A DNA stretch of 64,000 nt from Macrostomum hystrix (taxonomy: Eukaryota; Animalia; Platyhelminthes): assembly GCA_950097015.1 (NCBI GenBank), contig CATNEN010000034.1, positions 5,952,001-6,016,000 on the forward strand. Direction: 5' to 3'. How positions within the stretch are numbered: position 1 is the stretch's first letter; each line of letters starts with the position of its first letter. A program made the position numbers and the translations under genes. Below the pieces are notes generated by a model that was not told the DNA's origin, did not search any database, and saw only the letters and a list, made by a program, of their open reading frames with translations. Positions 34,701 to 48,500 of this stretch are shown here, one piece after another.

Positions 34701-35429
34701 TCCGTGTGCCGCCAGGGCGCCACTCCGCTGTGCATCGCCGCTCAGGAGGGCCACGTAGCCGTCTGCCAGGCCCTGCTAGACGCTGGGGCGCGGCCGAATC
34801 ACGCCGACAGAATCGGCCGAACGCCCTACCGGGTGGCCGTAAAATGCGGTCATCGTCGGGTAGCCGAACTTCTACTGGCTCGCGGCGCTTCACCCGGCGT
34901 CGGTGCCGGCAGCGGCAGTGGCGCCGGCGGCAGCGGGAGCGGCAGCGGCGGCGGCGGATCAGGCGGCAGCGGAGGCTCCGGGTTAACTAGAATCACGCCG
35001 ATTCAGGGATCCGGCCCGGACGGCGGTGGCGGTGGCGGCAGCGCAGAGAGCAGCCGTCGAAGTCATCAGTATCAGCATCAGCTTTACCAGCATCATCCGC
35101 CGAATCCCCTGCAGCATCAGCTTTACCAGCATCATCCGCCGAATCCCCTGCAGCAGCAGCGGCGGCAGCCGAGGCCGACCCTACAGCTGATCCTAAACAA
35201 CGGAGCCACCGTCATCAACGCCAATGCGTCGGATCTGTCAAACTCGTCACCCGAGGAGATGGCTGAGCTAGCCGCGGCTTCGGGTCTGAGATCTTCGTCG
35301 CGGTTGAACCGAATTGGCGGCGACAGCCGGCAGAGGCGCCAGCAGGCGGCTGCGATAGACGACAAAGAGCTAGCGGCTTCGGCGGCTGCTAACCTAAGAC
35401 TGAGCGACCGAAAGGAGACCGCCTTCTGA
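28763..35429 (+). CDS. ANKRD50: ANKRD50-like STAND-type P-loop NTPase plus ankyrin repeats; join(28763..29512,30189..31202,31656..32161,32303..32577,32954..33438,34656..35429), 1267 aa
   Basis: [11 protein letters not shown], Walker [14 protein letters not shown], Walker [10 protein letters not shown], and [11 protein letters not shown]...LRQHL..ET...LNQLHIK match the ANKRD50 N-terminus as I recall it. Many ankyrin repeats follow ([29 protein letters not shown]). Five GT-AG introns with consistent phases (0,0,2,1,0). Confidence 0.9.
29605..29945. repeat. 21-bp tandem repeat (ATATGGGATTCGAGTTTTTGG)n in ANKRD50 intron 1
   Basis: Directly visible; degenerates toward both ends. Confidence 0.9.
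32580..32830. repeat. GGAAT/GGATT-rich repeat (ATGGATTGGAATGGGTTG-type) in ANKRD50 intron 4
   Basis: Begins immediately after the donor at 32578. Confidence 0.92.
33435..34590. repeat. 32-bp tandem repeat (ACAGGTGAATTGCAGCTGCTATGGAGTGATTG)n in ANKRD50 intron 5
   Basis: About 35 units; the first degenerate units are in register with the real exon 5 donor ACAG|GTGA. Confidence 0.97.
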
Positions 35430-36597
35430 AATGACAGCTGACCGATGGTTGGCCTACTCACCGATTGATATTCTGTGGCATGCTGTGCTGTTCCTAGTCT
35501 ACTGTGCTCACTTTCTATTCGCTAATAGTTTTGCTGTTTTGATGGGAGGGAGGAAGGGTAGAGGGGAGAAAAAAGTGGAAGAGGGAAAGGATTGGATAGA
35601 GGGGAAAGGATAGGGTAGAGGGGAGAGGAATGCCGTGAATGCGATGATTGGAGAGGTCATTATCGGCCGAGAAACTTAGCTTAAAATGTACCAAATTTTT
35701 TTTTCGTGCACATTAAAAATTGTCTCTTTCTATTGCAATCAGTTGGTGAATCTCGATCTGACACAATTTTACCATTGTGTTCGCATGCTAATTCACTCTG
35801 CAGTGTGCAAACCGCTTTCCTGTGTTACTTGCTCAACTATAGCGCCTGTTATGTTCCGTTTTTTATTATTACGAAATCGACAAATCGAGCTTTTAAAAGC
35901 GATTAGCTAGTTTTATTTAGCCTTTTAGTCAACTTTATTATTTTACAGTTTGCAATGCAAATAAGCGATTCGTGCAATTTTTTCTGAGCTTCTGATTCTG
36001 TTCTGTTGTGTTTTTTTAAATAGATTTCTTCTTCAGTTCTTAGATTTGCTTAGAGAGTCATTTCTGAAATTCTAGTTTAGTTGTTGCTATGTTAATTTTT
36101 GCCTAGCTGCAGTGTGATAAATATTTAGTATGCTTGACAATCTTGTATTATGGTCTGTTATTTCTCTGTGACCCTCGCTGATACGCATTGTGTGCTCGTC
36201 TTCCTATCAATATAATATATTAGATTGCATATTGATCATACTTCATTGTCCATTTGGTAAGTTAACTTATAAGCGGATATTCTTAAATTCGCTTTTCTGC
36301 ATCGCAGGCCTGTCTGTTATTTTTTTATTTGTTTTCATTTCTCTCGAGTTTTCTCCCAAATCAGTTTCATAATTGACCTTTAAAAGTGTATTATCTGCTT
36401 ATTATTATTGAATCGTTCAAAAAAGCACAGCTTTCACGAATATATGCGTTCTTATTCTTCTCTCTCCCGTTTTTAACGTGAAAATAATTAGCTTCTTTTG
36501 TAACACCGTGTTTGTCATTTACACTAATTATTGTACTGTTAGTGAGTTTGAAACTAGTCGTTTTGAAAGGGAAGAAATATGCATTATATGCTACTCA

Positions 36598-37505
36598 GTG
36601 TGCTACTGCACATACTGCACATACTAGCTACAAATACTGCACATACTGCACATACTAGTTACAAATATTGCACATACTGCACATACTGCACATACTAGTT
36701 ACAAATATTGCACATACTGCACATACTGCACATACTAGCTACAAATACTGCACATACTGCACATACTAGTTACAAATATTGCACATACTGCACATACTGC
36801 ACATACTAGTTACAAATATTGCACATACTGCACATACTGCACATACTAGCTACAAATACTGCACATACTGCACATACTAGTTACAAATATTGCACATACT
36901 GCACATACTGCACATACTAGTTACAAATATTGCACATACTGCACATACTGCACATACTAGCTACAAATACTGCACATACTGCACATACTAGTTACAAATA
37001 TTGCACATACTGCACATACTGCACATACTAGTTACAAATATTGCACATACTGCACATACTGCACATACTAGCTACAAATACTGCACATACTGCACATACT
37101 AGTTACAAATATTGCACATACTGCACATACTGCACATACTAGTTACAAATATTGCACATACTGCACATACTGCACATACTAGTTACAAATATTGCACATA
37201 CTGCACATACTGCACATACTAGTTACAAATATTGCACATACTGCACATACTGCACATACTAGTTACAAATATTGCACATACTGCACATACTGCACATACT
37301 AGTTACAAATATTGCACATACTGCACATACTGCACATACTAGTTACAAACATTGCACATACTGCACATACTAGTTACAAATATTGCACATACTGCACAAG
37401 CTAGCTACAAATATTGCACATACTGCACATACTAGTTACAAACATTGCACATACTGCACATACTAGTTACAAACATTGCACATACTGCACATACTAGTTA
37501 CAAAC
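36598..37505. repeat. Composite repeat of 9-bp GCACATACT subunits plus AGTTACAAATATT (31- and 40-bp higher-order units)
   Basis: Directly visible. Confidence 0.95.
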
Positions 37506-38034
37506 ATACGCTTAATATATACATGCTGAATATCAAGCATACTACGAGTACATGCTTTGATATTTTTTTAGTTTAAAATGGACATCAACAATTGGCCAAT
37601 CTGCCGAATGTACTTTTACTGTCCTCCAGGGAGAGAATTGGTAAGCACCAGCTGCTGATGAAGAAGAATTTCTCCAATGAGCTGCACGGCTCTGTTAATT
37701 GGCACTGAGCAATCAGCGTCAGCCAACAGCTCCGCTGCTCCTAGCAAATATGAGGAATTCAATCTAAACTGCCTTCTTAGTGGAATTCTGGCAGTTTGTG
37801 TGCGCAGTAGTGCTGAAATAATCCTTCACTTGCTCCCGACGCCTAAAGTCCGCGCTTGGATCAGAGCGAAGTATTTTTCGACGCTTTTGGTTTATGCTAA
37901 TAATGGATTTTTGGATTTTTTAACTCTGGTTTGCAATCACTTGGCAATTGAGATTTGAGGTTCAAAAGGAAGGAGGCACAATATTGATGTTTCCCTTAGA
38001 ACCTCTCTAAGAATTCACTCAACGACACTCACTA

Positions 38035-38830
38035 GTGATTCAACCTGTGATTTTACCGGTGATACTAACTTTGATTCTACCGGTAATTTTTCCGGTCATT
38101 CAACCTGTAGTTCTACCCGTGATTGTACCGGTGATCCAACCGGTGATTCATCCTGTGATTCTACCGGTGATTGTACCGGTGATTCAACCTGTGATTCTAC
38201 CGGTGATTGTACCGGTGATCCAACCTGTAGTTCTACCGGTGATTCTACCGGTGATCCAACCGGTGATTCATCCTGTGATTCTACCGGTGATTGTACCGGT
38301 GATTCAACCTGTGATTCAACCTGTGATTCTACCGGTGATTGTACCGGTGATTCATCCTGTGATTCTACCGGTGATTGTACCGGTGATTCAACCTGTGATT
38401 CTACCGGTGATTGTACCGGTGATTCATCCTGTAATTCTACCGGTGATTGTACCGGTGATTCATCTTGTGATTCTACCGGTGATTGTACCGGTGATTCAAC
38501 CTGTGATTCTACCGGCGATTGTACCGGTGATTCAACCTGTGATTCTACCGGTGATTGTACCGGTGATCCAACCGGTGATTCATCCTGTGATTCTACCGGT
38601 GATCCAACCGGTGATTCATCCTGTGATTCTACCGGTGATCCAACCGGAGATTTATTCTGTGATTCTACCGGTGATTGTACCGGCGATTCAACCTGTGATT
38701 CACCGGTGATTAAATCAGTGATTCAACTGGTAGTTAAATCGGTGATTCAACAAGTGATTAAATCGGTGATTCAACCGGTGATTCAACCGGTGATTCTACC
38801 GGCGACTGTACCGGCGACTGTACCGCTGAT
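38035..38830. repeat. 12-bp tandem repeat (CCGGTGATTCTA / CCGGTGATTGTA / CCTGTGATTCAA variants)
   Basis: Directly visible; yields the periodic PVI(L/V/Q) ORF. Confidence 0.92.
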
Positions 38831-39524
38831 TCAACATATAATTACTATTCCGGTAATTTCATTATGATTTTGAACTCAAATGAAACCCTAAATTAATACT
38901 TTTACCTACCCAAATCCTACGCTCGTATAATCTACTAGTTAGCCTGTCAATTGGGACAGATTTGTTCACCAATGAAGTCATGCACACAAAGATAGAAAAG
39001 TGATCTTTAACTCAAAAACTTCTCAATCTTTCGTCCCATCAAACTGCCCCACCCGTCGTTGCCACTAAAGCCGCGTCAGTGAATGCTCCAATTTTTACCG
39101 GCTGAGCAGATGAGAAGAGCAGACGCGCGGGACCTGACCCGCTCATTAACAACACCAAGCTGTGGAACAAAATCGATTTTAGCCAAAATGAGAAGGCACT
39201 CCCTACTCATGTCAGGCCTCTCTCTTCCCTTCTCTCCGCCTTGAATAATTCATCTACCACATCGCCACCTTTTCCTTGTCTTGCATAAAGTTCTGGCTGC
39301 GTACATGTGCACAGTAACGTTTCCCTAACTTTACTTGCAATTAATTCTGGGCGAAAATCTCTTTTGATTTGCTGTAGACTCTATTTTTAATCCACTCAGA
39401 ATTTAGCGTGCAACAGTGGGTTTGATGCCAAAGGGGCCCCAACTATTTCCTTGGGATAGAAAGTTGAGCAGCAAGAGAAATATAATTGATGGGGAGAGAT
39501 TGATAGCGGGTCTCGAATTTATAG

Positions 39525-39690
39525 AGGATGGATTGATAGACGGAGGGTGTTTGATGGATGGGGGGTGATTGATGGATTGAAGGTGATTGATGGATGGAGG
39601 GTGATTGATGGATGGAGGGTGATTGATGGATGGAGGGTGATTGATGGATGGAGGGTGATTGATGGATGGTGGGTGATTGATAGACGGAGG
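39525..39690. repeat. 18-bp tandem repeat (GGATGGAGGGTGATTGAT)n
   Basis: Directly visible; abuts the next array. Confidence 0.9.
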
Positions 39691-39694
39691 GTAG

Positions 39695-40945
39695 GGATGA
39701 GACACAGGTAGAGATGAGACACAGGTAGAGATGAGACACGGGTAGAGATGAGACACGGGTGGAGATGAGACACGGGTGGAGATGAGACACAGGTAGAGAT
39801 GAGACACAGGTAGAGATGAGACACAGGTAGAGAAGAGATACGGGTAGAGATGAGACACAGGTAGAGGTGAGACACAGGTAGAGATGAGACACAGGTAGAG
39901 ATGAGACACAGGTAGAGATGAGACACAGGTAGAGAAGAGATACGGGTAGAGATGAGACACAGGTAGAGGTGAGACACAGGTAGAGATGAGACACCGATAG
40001 ATATGAGACACAGGTAGAAATGAGACACAGGTAGAGATGAGACACAGGTAGAGATGAGACACGGGTAGAGATGAGACACAGGTAGAGATGAGACACAGGT
40101 AGAGAAGAGATACGGGTAGAGATGAGACACAGGTAGAGGTGAGACACAGGTAGAGATGAGACACCGATAGAAATGAGACACAGGTAGAAATGAGACACAG
40201 GTAGAGATGAGACACGGGTAGAGATGAGACACGGGTAGAGATGAGACACGGGTAGAGATGAGACACGGGTAGAGATGAGACACGGGTAGAGATGAGACAC
40301 GGGTAGAGATGAAACACAGTTATTAACTGACACAGGTAGAGATGAGACACAGGTAGAGATGAGACACGGGTAGAGATGAGACACAGGTAGAGATGAGACA
40401 CGGGTAGAGATGAGACACGGGTAGAGATGAAACACAGTTATTAACTGACACAGGTAGAGATGAGACACAGGTAGAGATGAGACACGGGTAGAGATGAGAC
40501 ACAGGTAGAGATGAGACACAGGTAGAGATGAGACACGGGTAGAGATGAAACACAGTTATTAACTGACACAGGTAGAGATGAGACACAGGTAGAGATGAGA
40601 CACGGGTAGAGATGAGACACAGGTAGAGATGAGACACGGGTAGAGATGAGACACGGGTAGAGATGAGACACGGATAGAGATGAAACACAGTTATTAACTG
40701 ACACAGGTAGAGATGAGACACAGGTAGAGATGAGACACAGGTAGAGATGAGACACGGGTAGAGATGAGACACAGTTATTAACTGACACAGGTAGAGATGA
40801 GACACGGGTAGAGATGAAACACAGTTATTAACTGACACAGGTAGAGATGAGACACAGGTAGAGATGAGACACAGGTAGAGATGAGACACAGGTAGAGATG
40901 AGACACAGGTAGAGATGAGACACAGGTAGAGATGAGACACAGTTA
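39695..40945. repeat. 17-bp GAGATGAGACACAGGTA satellite with periodic ACAGTTATTAACTG insertions
   Basis: Directly visible; same GAGATGAGACAC core as 3150-4730 and 17341-18025. Confidence 0.96.
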
Positions 40946-41854
40946 TTAACTGATGTATTTTGATATGCCAAGCAAAAGACACGCAAAACTCCTTTCGGAG
41001 CCGCATGACAACAGGAAAGAGAAGCTCTTGAGACAAAAAATAGGCCATTGGTTGGATGGGGAGAAAATCTTCATCCCAACCAACGCCGCGCCGCCAACTC
41101 CACCGCCTACAAGGAGGGAATGAAATTTTTGTCCTTCTGTCTTTCAACGCAGCCTTCAGTTTCATCTATAAATATTCTCCCCATTTTTGGCAGCTTGCGC
41201 TAAAACTCCCCACCGCCAGGTTTCAGTCGTCGCTCTCCTCACAACAGACGACCCTCCCAAACCCATCGACCAGCCAGCCCAGAAGTCCAAAAATTCTCGA
41301 CTGAGACTTGTTGTCAGGCGAAACTTCACCCTGAGCTGCTGCGAGCGGAGAAAAATAAGGTAATTCGATTTTTTTCCCAGCCTCAGCCTCACAAAACTGC
41401 CTTGATTGGGAAGTCTTAGATGGGGAGTTGAGGTAGCCAAGCATCTCCCGTCATCTCCTCTCCTCTTCCCTCCAGCCTCTTCCTCCTCCGTCTCCACTTT
41501 CTTCCCACATCTGAGAGGGAGAAAAGAAACAGTTTTGCGGACTGGGAATGGCTGAGCTGGGATCTGCAGTTTCGGATGGGGCGGGTGCGCATGGGTCGAA
41601 CGGTAGACTTAATCAGGTTTTTTGCACCGCTCTCAGCCTTCCCGCCGCGACCCCTATTTCTCCCAATCACTCTGCTTGACAAGGATTCAAAGACTCGGTT
41701 TTCTATCTTAGACAGTCAAATATCTAACAAACTATTTTCAGTTACATCAAAGGTAAGTTACAACTAATTTATAAATTATCTGGTTTATATTAACGACTTA
41801 AGATCAAATAATGTTCACAAAAATTATGATAAATAAAACAGATTTATCCCTAGA

Positions 41855-42430
41855 TACAGACATGTTGAGGATTTGTCCCTAGATACCGTTACATCAAAGG
41901 ATTTTTCCCTAGATACAGCTAGATTAAGGAATGCATCCCTAGATACAGCCAGATTAAGGAATGCATCCCTAGATACAGCTAGATTAAGGAATGAATCCCT
42001 AGATACAGCCAGATTAAGGAATGCATCCCTAGATACAGCTAGATTAAGGAATGAATCCCTAGATACAGCTAGATTAAGGAATGAATCCCTAGATACAGCT
42101 AGATTAAGGAATGCATCCCTAGATACAGCTAGATTAAGGAATGCATCCCTAGATATAGCTAGATTAAGGAATGAATCCCTAGATACAGCTAGATTAAGGA
42201 ATGAATCCCTAGATACAGCCAGATTAAGGAATGCATCCCTAGATACAGCCAGATTAAGGAATGCATCCCTAGATACGGCTAGATTAAGGAATGCATCCCT
42301 AGATCCAGCCACATTCTGGTATTTTATTCCTAGATACAGCCACATTCTGGTATTTTATCCCTAGATACAGCCGCATTCTGGTATTTTATCCCTAGATACA
42401 GCCATATTCTGGTATTTTATCCCTAGATAC
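41855..42430. repeat. 30-bp tandem repeat (CCCTAGATACAGCTAGATTAAGGAATGAAT)n, probably in a 5'UTR intron of SLC5A7
   Basis: Bracketed by a perfect donor AAG|GTAAGT at 41753 and an acceptor TTATTCCAG| at 42511, 24 nt upstream of the SLC5A7 ATG. Confidence 0.9.
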
Positions 42431-42535
42431 GAGTATTTAGATTTACGAATTTTGCTGTAAAAACTGCATTGAAAGTCTGCATAACTGCATAAGCAGATTT
42501 TTTTATTCCAGTGAGTCGAGAACCAACCCGTCACA

Positions 42536-45500
42536 ATGGATTTCTCAAACGTGAACGTACCGGGTCTGATCTCGGTGATCATATTCTATCTGTTAATCCT
42601 GGTTGTTGGAATCTGGGCCGGCCGAAAGTCAAAGGGTCGCGGCGACAGCGAGGAGGTGATGGTGGCCGGTAGGAACATCGGCCTGATGGTCGGCATATTC
42701 ACCATGACAGGTTTGACACTCGCTTTGCCTGATTGGTTATCAAAATGTCAAACTATTGATATTAAATACAAAGGATGTTTAAAATTCTAAATAGTAGATA
42801 GATTTGAGGTGAGATACTGGAGGGATTTGAGACGAGATTTTGGATAGATTTCGGGTGAGATTGAGGATAGATTTGAGAAGAGATTGTGGATGAATTTGAG
42901 GTGAGATAGTGCATAGATTTGAGTTGAGATTGTGGATATATTTGAGATGAGATTGTGGATAGATTTGAGTTGAGATTGTGGATGGATTTGAGATGAGATT
43001 GTGGATGGATTTGAGATGAGATTGTGGATGGATTTGAGATGAGATTGTGGATGGATTTGAGTTGAGATTGTGGATGGATTTGAGATGAGATTGTGGATGG
43101 ATTTGAGATGAGATTGATGATGGATTTGAGGTGAGATTGTGCATAGATTTGAGATGAGATTGTGGATGGATTTGAGATGGGATTGTGGATGGATTTCAGA
43201 TGAGATTGTGGATGGATTTGAGGTGAGATTGTGGATGGATTTGAGATGAGATTGTGGATGGATTTGAGATGAGATTGTGGATGGATTTGAGATGAGATTG
43301 TAGATGGATTTGAGATGAGATTGATGATGGATTTGAGGTGAGATTGTGCATAGATTTGAGATGAGATTGTGGATGGATTTGAGATGAGATTGTGGATGGA
43401 TTTGAGATGAGATTGTGGATGGATTTGAGGTGAGATTGTGGATGGATTTGAGATGAGATTGTGGATGGATTTGAGATGAGATTGATGATGGATTTGAGGT
43501 GAGATTGATAATGGATTTGAGGTGAGATTGTGCATAGATTTGAGTTGAGATTGTGGATATATTTGAGATGAGATTGTGGATAGATTTGAGTTGAGATTGT
43601 GGATGGATTAGAGATGAGATTGTGGATGGATTTGAGATGAGATTGTGGATGGATTTGAGATGAGATTGTGGATGGATTTGAGATGAGATTGTGGATGGAT
43701 TTGAGATGAGATTGATGATGGATTTGAGGTGAGATTGTGCATAGATTTGAGATGAGATTGTGGATGGATTTGAGATGAGATTGTGGATGGATTTGAGATG
43801 AGATTGTGGATGGATTTGAGGTGAGATTGTGGATGGATTGGAGATGAGATTGTGGATGGATTTGAGATGAGATTGATGATGGATTTGAGGTGAGATTGTG
43901 CATAGATTTGAGTTGAGATTGTGGATGGATTTGAGATGAGATTGTGGATGGATTTGAGTTGAGATTGTGGATGGATTTGAGATGAGATTGTGGATGGATT
44001 TGAGATGAGATTGTGGATGGATTTGAGTTGAGATTGTGGATGGATTTGAGATGAGATTGTGGATGGAATTGAGATGAGATTGATGATGGATTTGAGGTGA
44101 GATTGTGCATAGATTTGAGATGAGATTGTGGATGGATTTGAGATGAGATTGTGGATGGATTTGAGATGAGATTGTGGATGGATTTGAGATGAGATTGTGG
44201 ATGGATTTGAGATGAGATTGATGATAGATTTGAGTTGAGATTGTGGATGGATTTGAGATGAGATTGTGGATGGATTTGAGATGAGATTGTGGATGGATTT
44301 GAGTTGAGATTGTGGATGGATTTGAGATGAGATTGTGGATGGATTTGAGATGAGATTGATGATGGATTTGAGGTGAGATTGTGCATAGATTTGAGATGAG
44401 ATTGTGGATGGATTTGAGTTGAGATTGTGGATGGGATTTGAGATGAGATTGTGGATGGATTTGAGATGAGATTGATGATGGATTTGAGGTGAGATTGTGC
44501 ATAGATTTGAGATGAGATTGTGGATGGATTTGAGATGAGATTGTGGATGGATTTGAGATGAGATTGTGGATGGATTTGAGGTGAGATTGTGGATGGATTT
44601 GAGATGAGATTGTGGATGGATTTGAGATGAGATTGTGGATGGATTTGAGATGAGATTGTGGATGGATTTGAGGTGAGATTGTGGATGGATTTGAGATGAG
44701 ATTGATGATGGATTTGAGGTGAGATTGTGGATGGATTTGAGTTGAGATTGTGGATGGATTTGAGATGAGATTGTGGATGGATTTGAGATGAGATTGATGA
44801 TGGATTTGAGGTGAGATTGTGCATAGATTTGAGATGAGATTGTGGATGGATTTGAGATGAGATTGTGGATGGATTTGAGATGAGATTGTGGATGGATTTG
44901 AGATGAGATTGTGGATGGATTTGAGATGAGATTGATGATAGATTTGAGTTGAGATTGTGGATGGATTTGAGATGAGATTGTGGTTGGATTTGAGGTGAGA
45001 TTGTGGATAGATTTGAGTTGAGATTGTGGATGGATTTGAGATGAGATTGTGGATGGATTTGAGATGAGATTGTGGATGGATTTGAGTTGAGATTGTGGAT
45101 GGATTTGAGATGAGATTGTGGATGGATTTGAGATGAGATTGATGATAGATTTGAGTTGAGTTTGTGGATGGATTTGAGATGAGATTGTGGATGGATTTGA
45201 GATGAGATTGTGGATGGATTTGAGTTGAGATTGTGGATGATTTGAGATGAGATTGTGGATGGATTTGAGATGAGATTGTGGATGGATTTGAGATGAGATT
45301 GATGATAGAGATGGATTGGATTTGAGATGAGATTGTGGATGATTTGAGATGAGATTGTGGATGGATTTGAGATGAGATTGTAGATGGATTGAGATGAGAT
45401 TGATGATGATTTGAGGTGAGATTGTGCATAGATTTGAGATGAGATTGTGGATGGATTTGAGATGAGATTGTGGATGGATTTGAGATGAGATTGTGGATTG

Positions 45501-48500
45501 GATTTGAGGTGAGATTGTGGATGGATTTGAGATGAGATTGTGGATGGATTTGAGATGAGATTGATGATGGATTTGAGGTGAGATTGATAATGGATTTGAG
45601 GTGAGATTGTGCATAGATTTGAGTTGAGATTGTGGATATATTTGAGATGAGATTGTGGATAGATTTGAGTTGAGATTGTGGATGGATTAGAGATGAGATT
45701 GTGGATGGATTTGAGATGAGATTGTGGATGGATTTGAGATGAGATTGTGGATGGATTTGAGATGAGATTGTGGATGGATTTGAGATGAGATTGATGATGG
45801 ATTTGAGGTGAGATTGTGCATAGATTTGAGATGAGATTGTGGATGGATTTGAGATGAGATTGTGGATGGATTTTGAGATGAGATTGTGGATGGATTTGAG
45901 GTGAGATTGTGGATGGATTGGAGATGAGATTGTGGATGGATTGAGATGAGATTGATGATGGATTTGAGGTGAGATTGTGCATAGATTTGAGTTGAGATTG
46001 TGGATGGATTTGAGATGAGATTGTGGATGGATTTGAGTTGAGATTGTGGATGGATTTGAGATGAGATTGTGGATGGATTTGAGATGAGATTGTGGATGGA
46101 TTTGAGTTGAGATTGTGGATGGATTTGAGATGAGATTGTGGATGGAATTGAGATGAGATTGATGATGGATTTGAGGTGAGATTGTGCATAGATTTGAGAT
46201 GAGATTGTGGATGGATTTGAGATGAGATTTGTGGGATGGATTTGAGATGAGATTGATGATAGATTTGAGTTGAGATTGTGGATGGATTTGAGATGAGATT
46301 GTGGATGGATTTGAGATGAGATTGTGGATGGATTTGAGTTGAGATTGTGGATGGATTTGAGATGAGATTGTGGATGGATTTGAGATGAGATTGATGATAG
46401 ATTTGAGTTGAGTTTGTGGATGGATTTGAGATGAGATTGTGATGGATTGAGATGAGATTGTGGATGGATTTGAGTTGAGATTGTGGATGGATTTGAGATG
46501 AGATTGTGGATGGATTTGAGATGAGATTGTGGATGGATTTGAGTTGAGATTGTGGATGGATTTGAGATGAGATTGTGGATGGATTTGAGATGAGATTGTG
46601 GATGGATTTGAGTTGAGATTGTGGATGGATTTGAGATGAGATTGTGGATGGATTTGAGATGAGATTGATGATGGATTTGAGGTGAGATTGTGCATAGATT
46701 TGAGATGAGATTGTGGATGGATTTGAGATGAGATTGTGGATGGATTTGAGATGAGATTGTGGATGGATTTGAGATGAGATTGTGGATGGATTTGAGATGA
46801 GATTGATGATAGATTTGAGTTGAGATTGTGGATGGATTTGAGATGAGATTGTGGATGGATTTGAGATGAGATTGTGGATGGATTTGAGTTGAGATTGTGG
46901 ATGGATTTGAGATGAGATTGTGGATGGATTTGAGATGAGATTGATGATGGATTTGAGGTGAGATTGTGGATGGATTTGAGATGAGATTGTGCATAGATTT
47001 GAGATGAGATTGTGGATGGATTTGAGATGAGATTGTGGATGGATTTGAGATGAGATTGTGGATGGATTTGAGATGAGATTGTGGATGGATTTGAGATGAG
47101 ATTGATGATAGATTTGAGTTGAGATTGTGGATGGATTTGAGATGAGATTGTGGATGGATTTGAGGTGAGATTGATGATGGATTTGAGGTGAGATTGATGA
47201 TGGATTTGAGGTGAGATTGTGCATAGATTTGAGATGAGATTGTGGATGGATTTGAGATGAGATTGTGGATGGATTTGAGATGAGATTGTGGATGGATTTG
47301 AGATGAGATTGTGGATGGATTTGAGATGAGATTGATGATAGATTTGAGTTGAGATTGTGGATGGATTTGAGATGAGATTGTGGATGGATTTGAGATGAGA
47401 TTGTGGATGGATTTGAGTTGAGATTGTGGATGGATTTGAGATGAGATTGTGGATGGATTTGAGATGAGATTGTGGATGGATTTGAGATGAGATTGTGGAT
47501 GGATTTGAGATGAGATTGATGATGGATTTGAGGTGAGATTGTGGATGGATTTGAGATGAGATTGATGATGGATTTGAGGTGAGATTGTGCATAGATTTGA
47601 GATGAGATTGTGGATGGATTTGAGATGAGATTGTGGATGGATTTGAGATGAGATTGTGGATGGATTTGAGATGAGATTGATGATGGATTTGAGGTGAGAT
47701 TGTGCATAGATTTGAGATGAGATTGTGGATGGATTTGAGATGAGATTGTGGATGGATTTGAGATGAGATTGTGGATGGATTTGAGATGAGATTGTGGATG
47801 GATTTGAGATGAGATTGTGGATAGATTTGAGTTGAGATTGTGGATGGATTTGAGATAAGATTGTGGATGGATTTGAGATGAGATTGTGGATGGATTTGAG
47901 ATGAGATTGTGGATGGATTTGAGATGAGATTGTGGATAGATTTGAGTTGAGATTGTGGATGGATTTGAGATAAGATTGTGGATGGATTTGAGATGAGATT
48001 GTGGATGGATTTGAGTTGAGATTGTGGATGGATTTGAGATGAGATTGTGGATGGATTTGAGATGAGATTGATGATAGATTTGAGTTGAGTTTGTGGATGG
48101 ATTTGAGATGAGATTGTGGATGGATTTGAGATGAGATTGTGGATGGATTTGAGTTGAGATTGTGGATGGATTTGAGATGAGATTGTGGATGGATTTGAGA
48201 TGAGATTGTGGATGGATTTGAGATGAGATTGTGGATGGATTTGAGATGAGATTGATGATGGATTTGAGTTGAGATTGTGGATGGATTTGAGATGAGATTG
48301 TGGATGGATTTGAGATGAGATTGTGGATGGATTTGAGATGAGATTGATGATGGATTTGAGGTGAGATTGTGGATGGATTTGAGTTGAGATTGTGGATGGA
48401 TTTGAGATGAGATTGTGGATAGATTTGAGGTGAGATTGTGGATGGATTTGAGATGAGATTGTGGATAGATTGTAGATGCTGTGATTAGGAGCAAGAATAT

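Noticed and set aside
38035-38709. 224-aa PVI(L/V/Q) repeat ORF
   Set aside because: 12-bp unit with a GTG start; variation is not confined to synonymous positions, so it is best read as a minisatellite.
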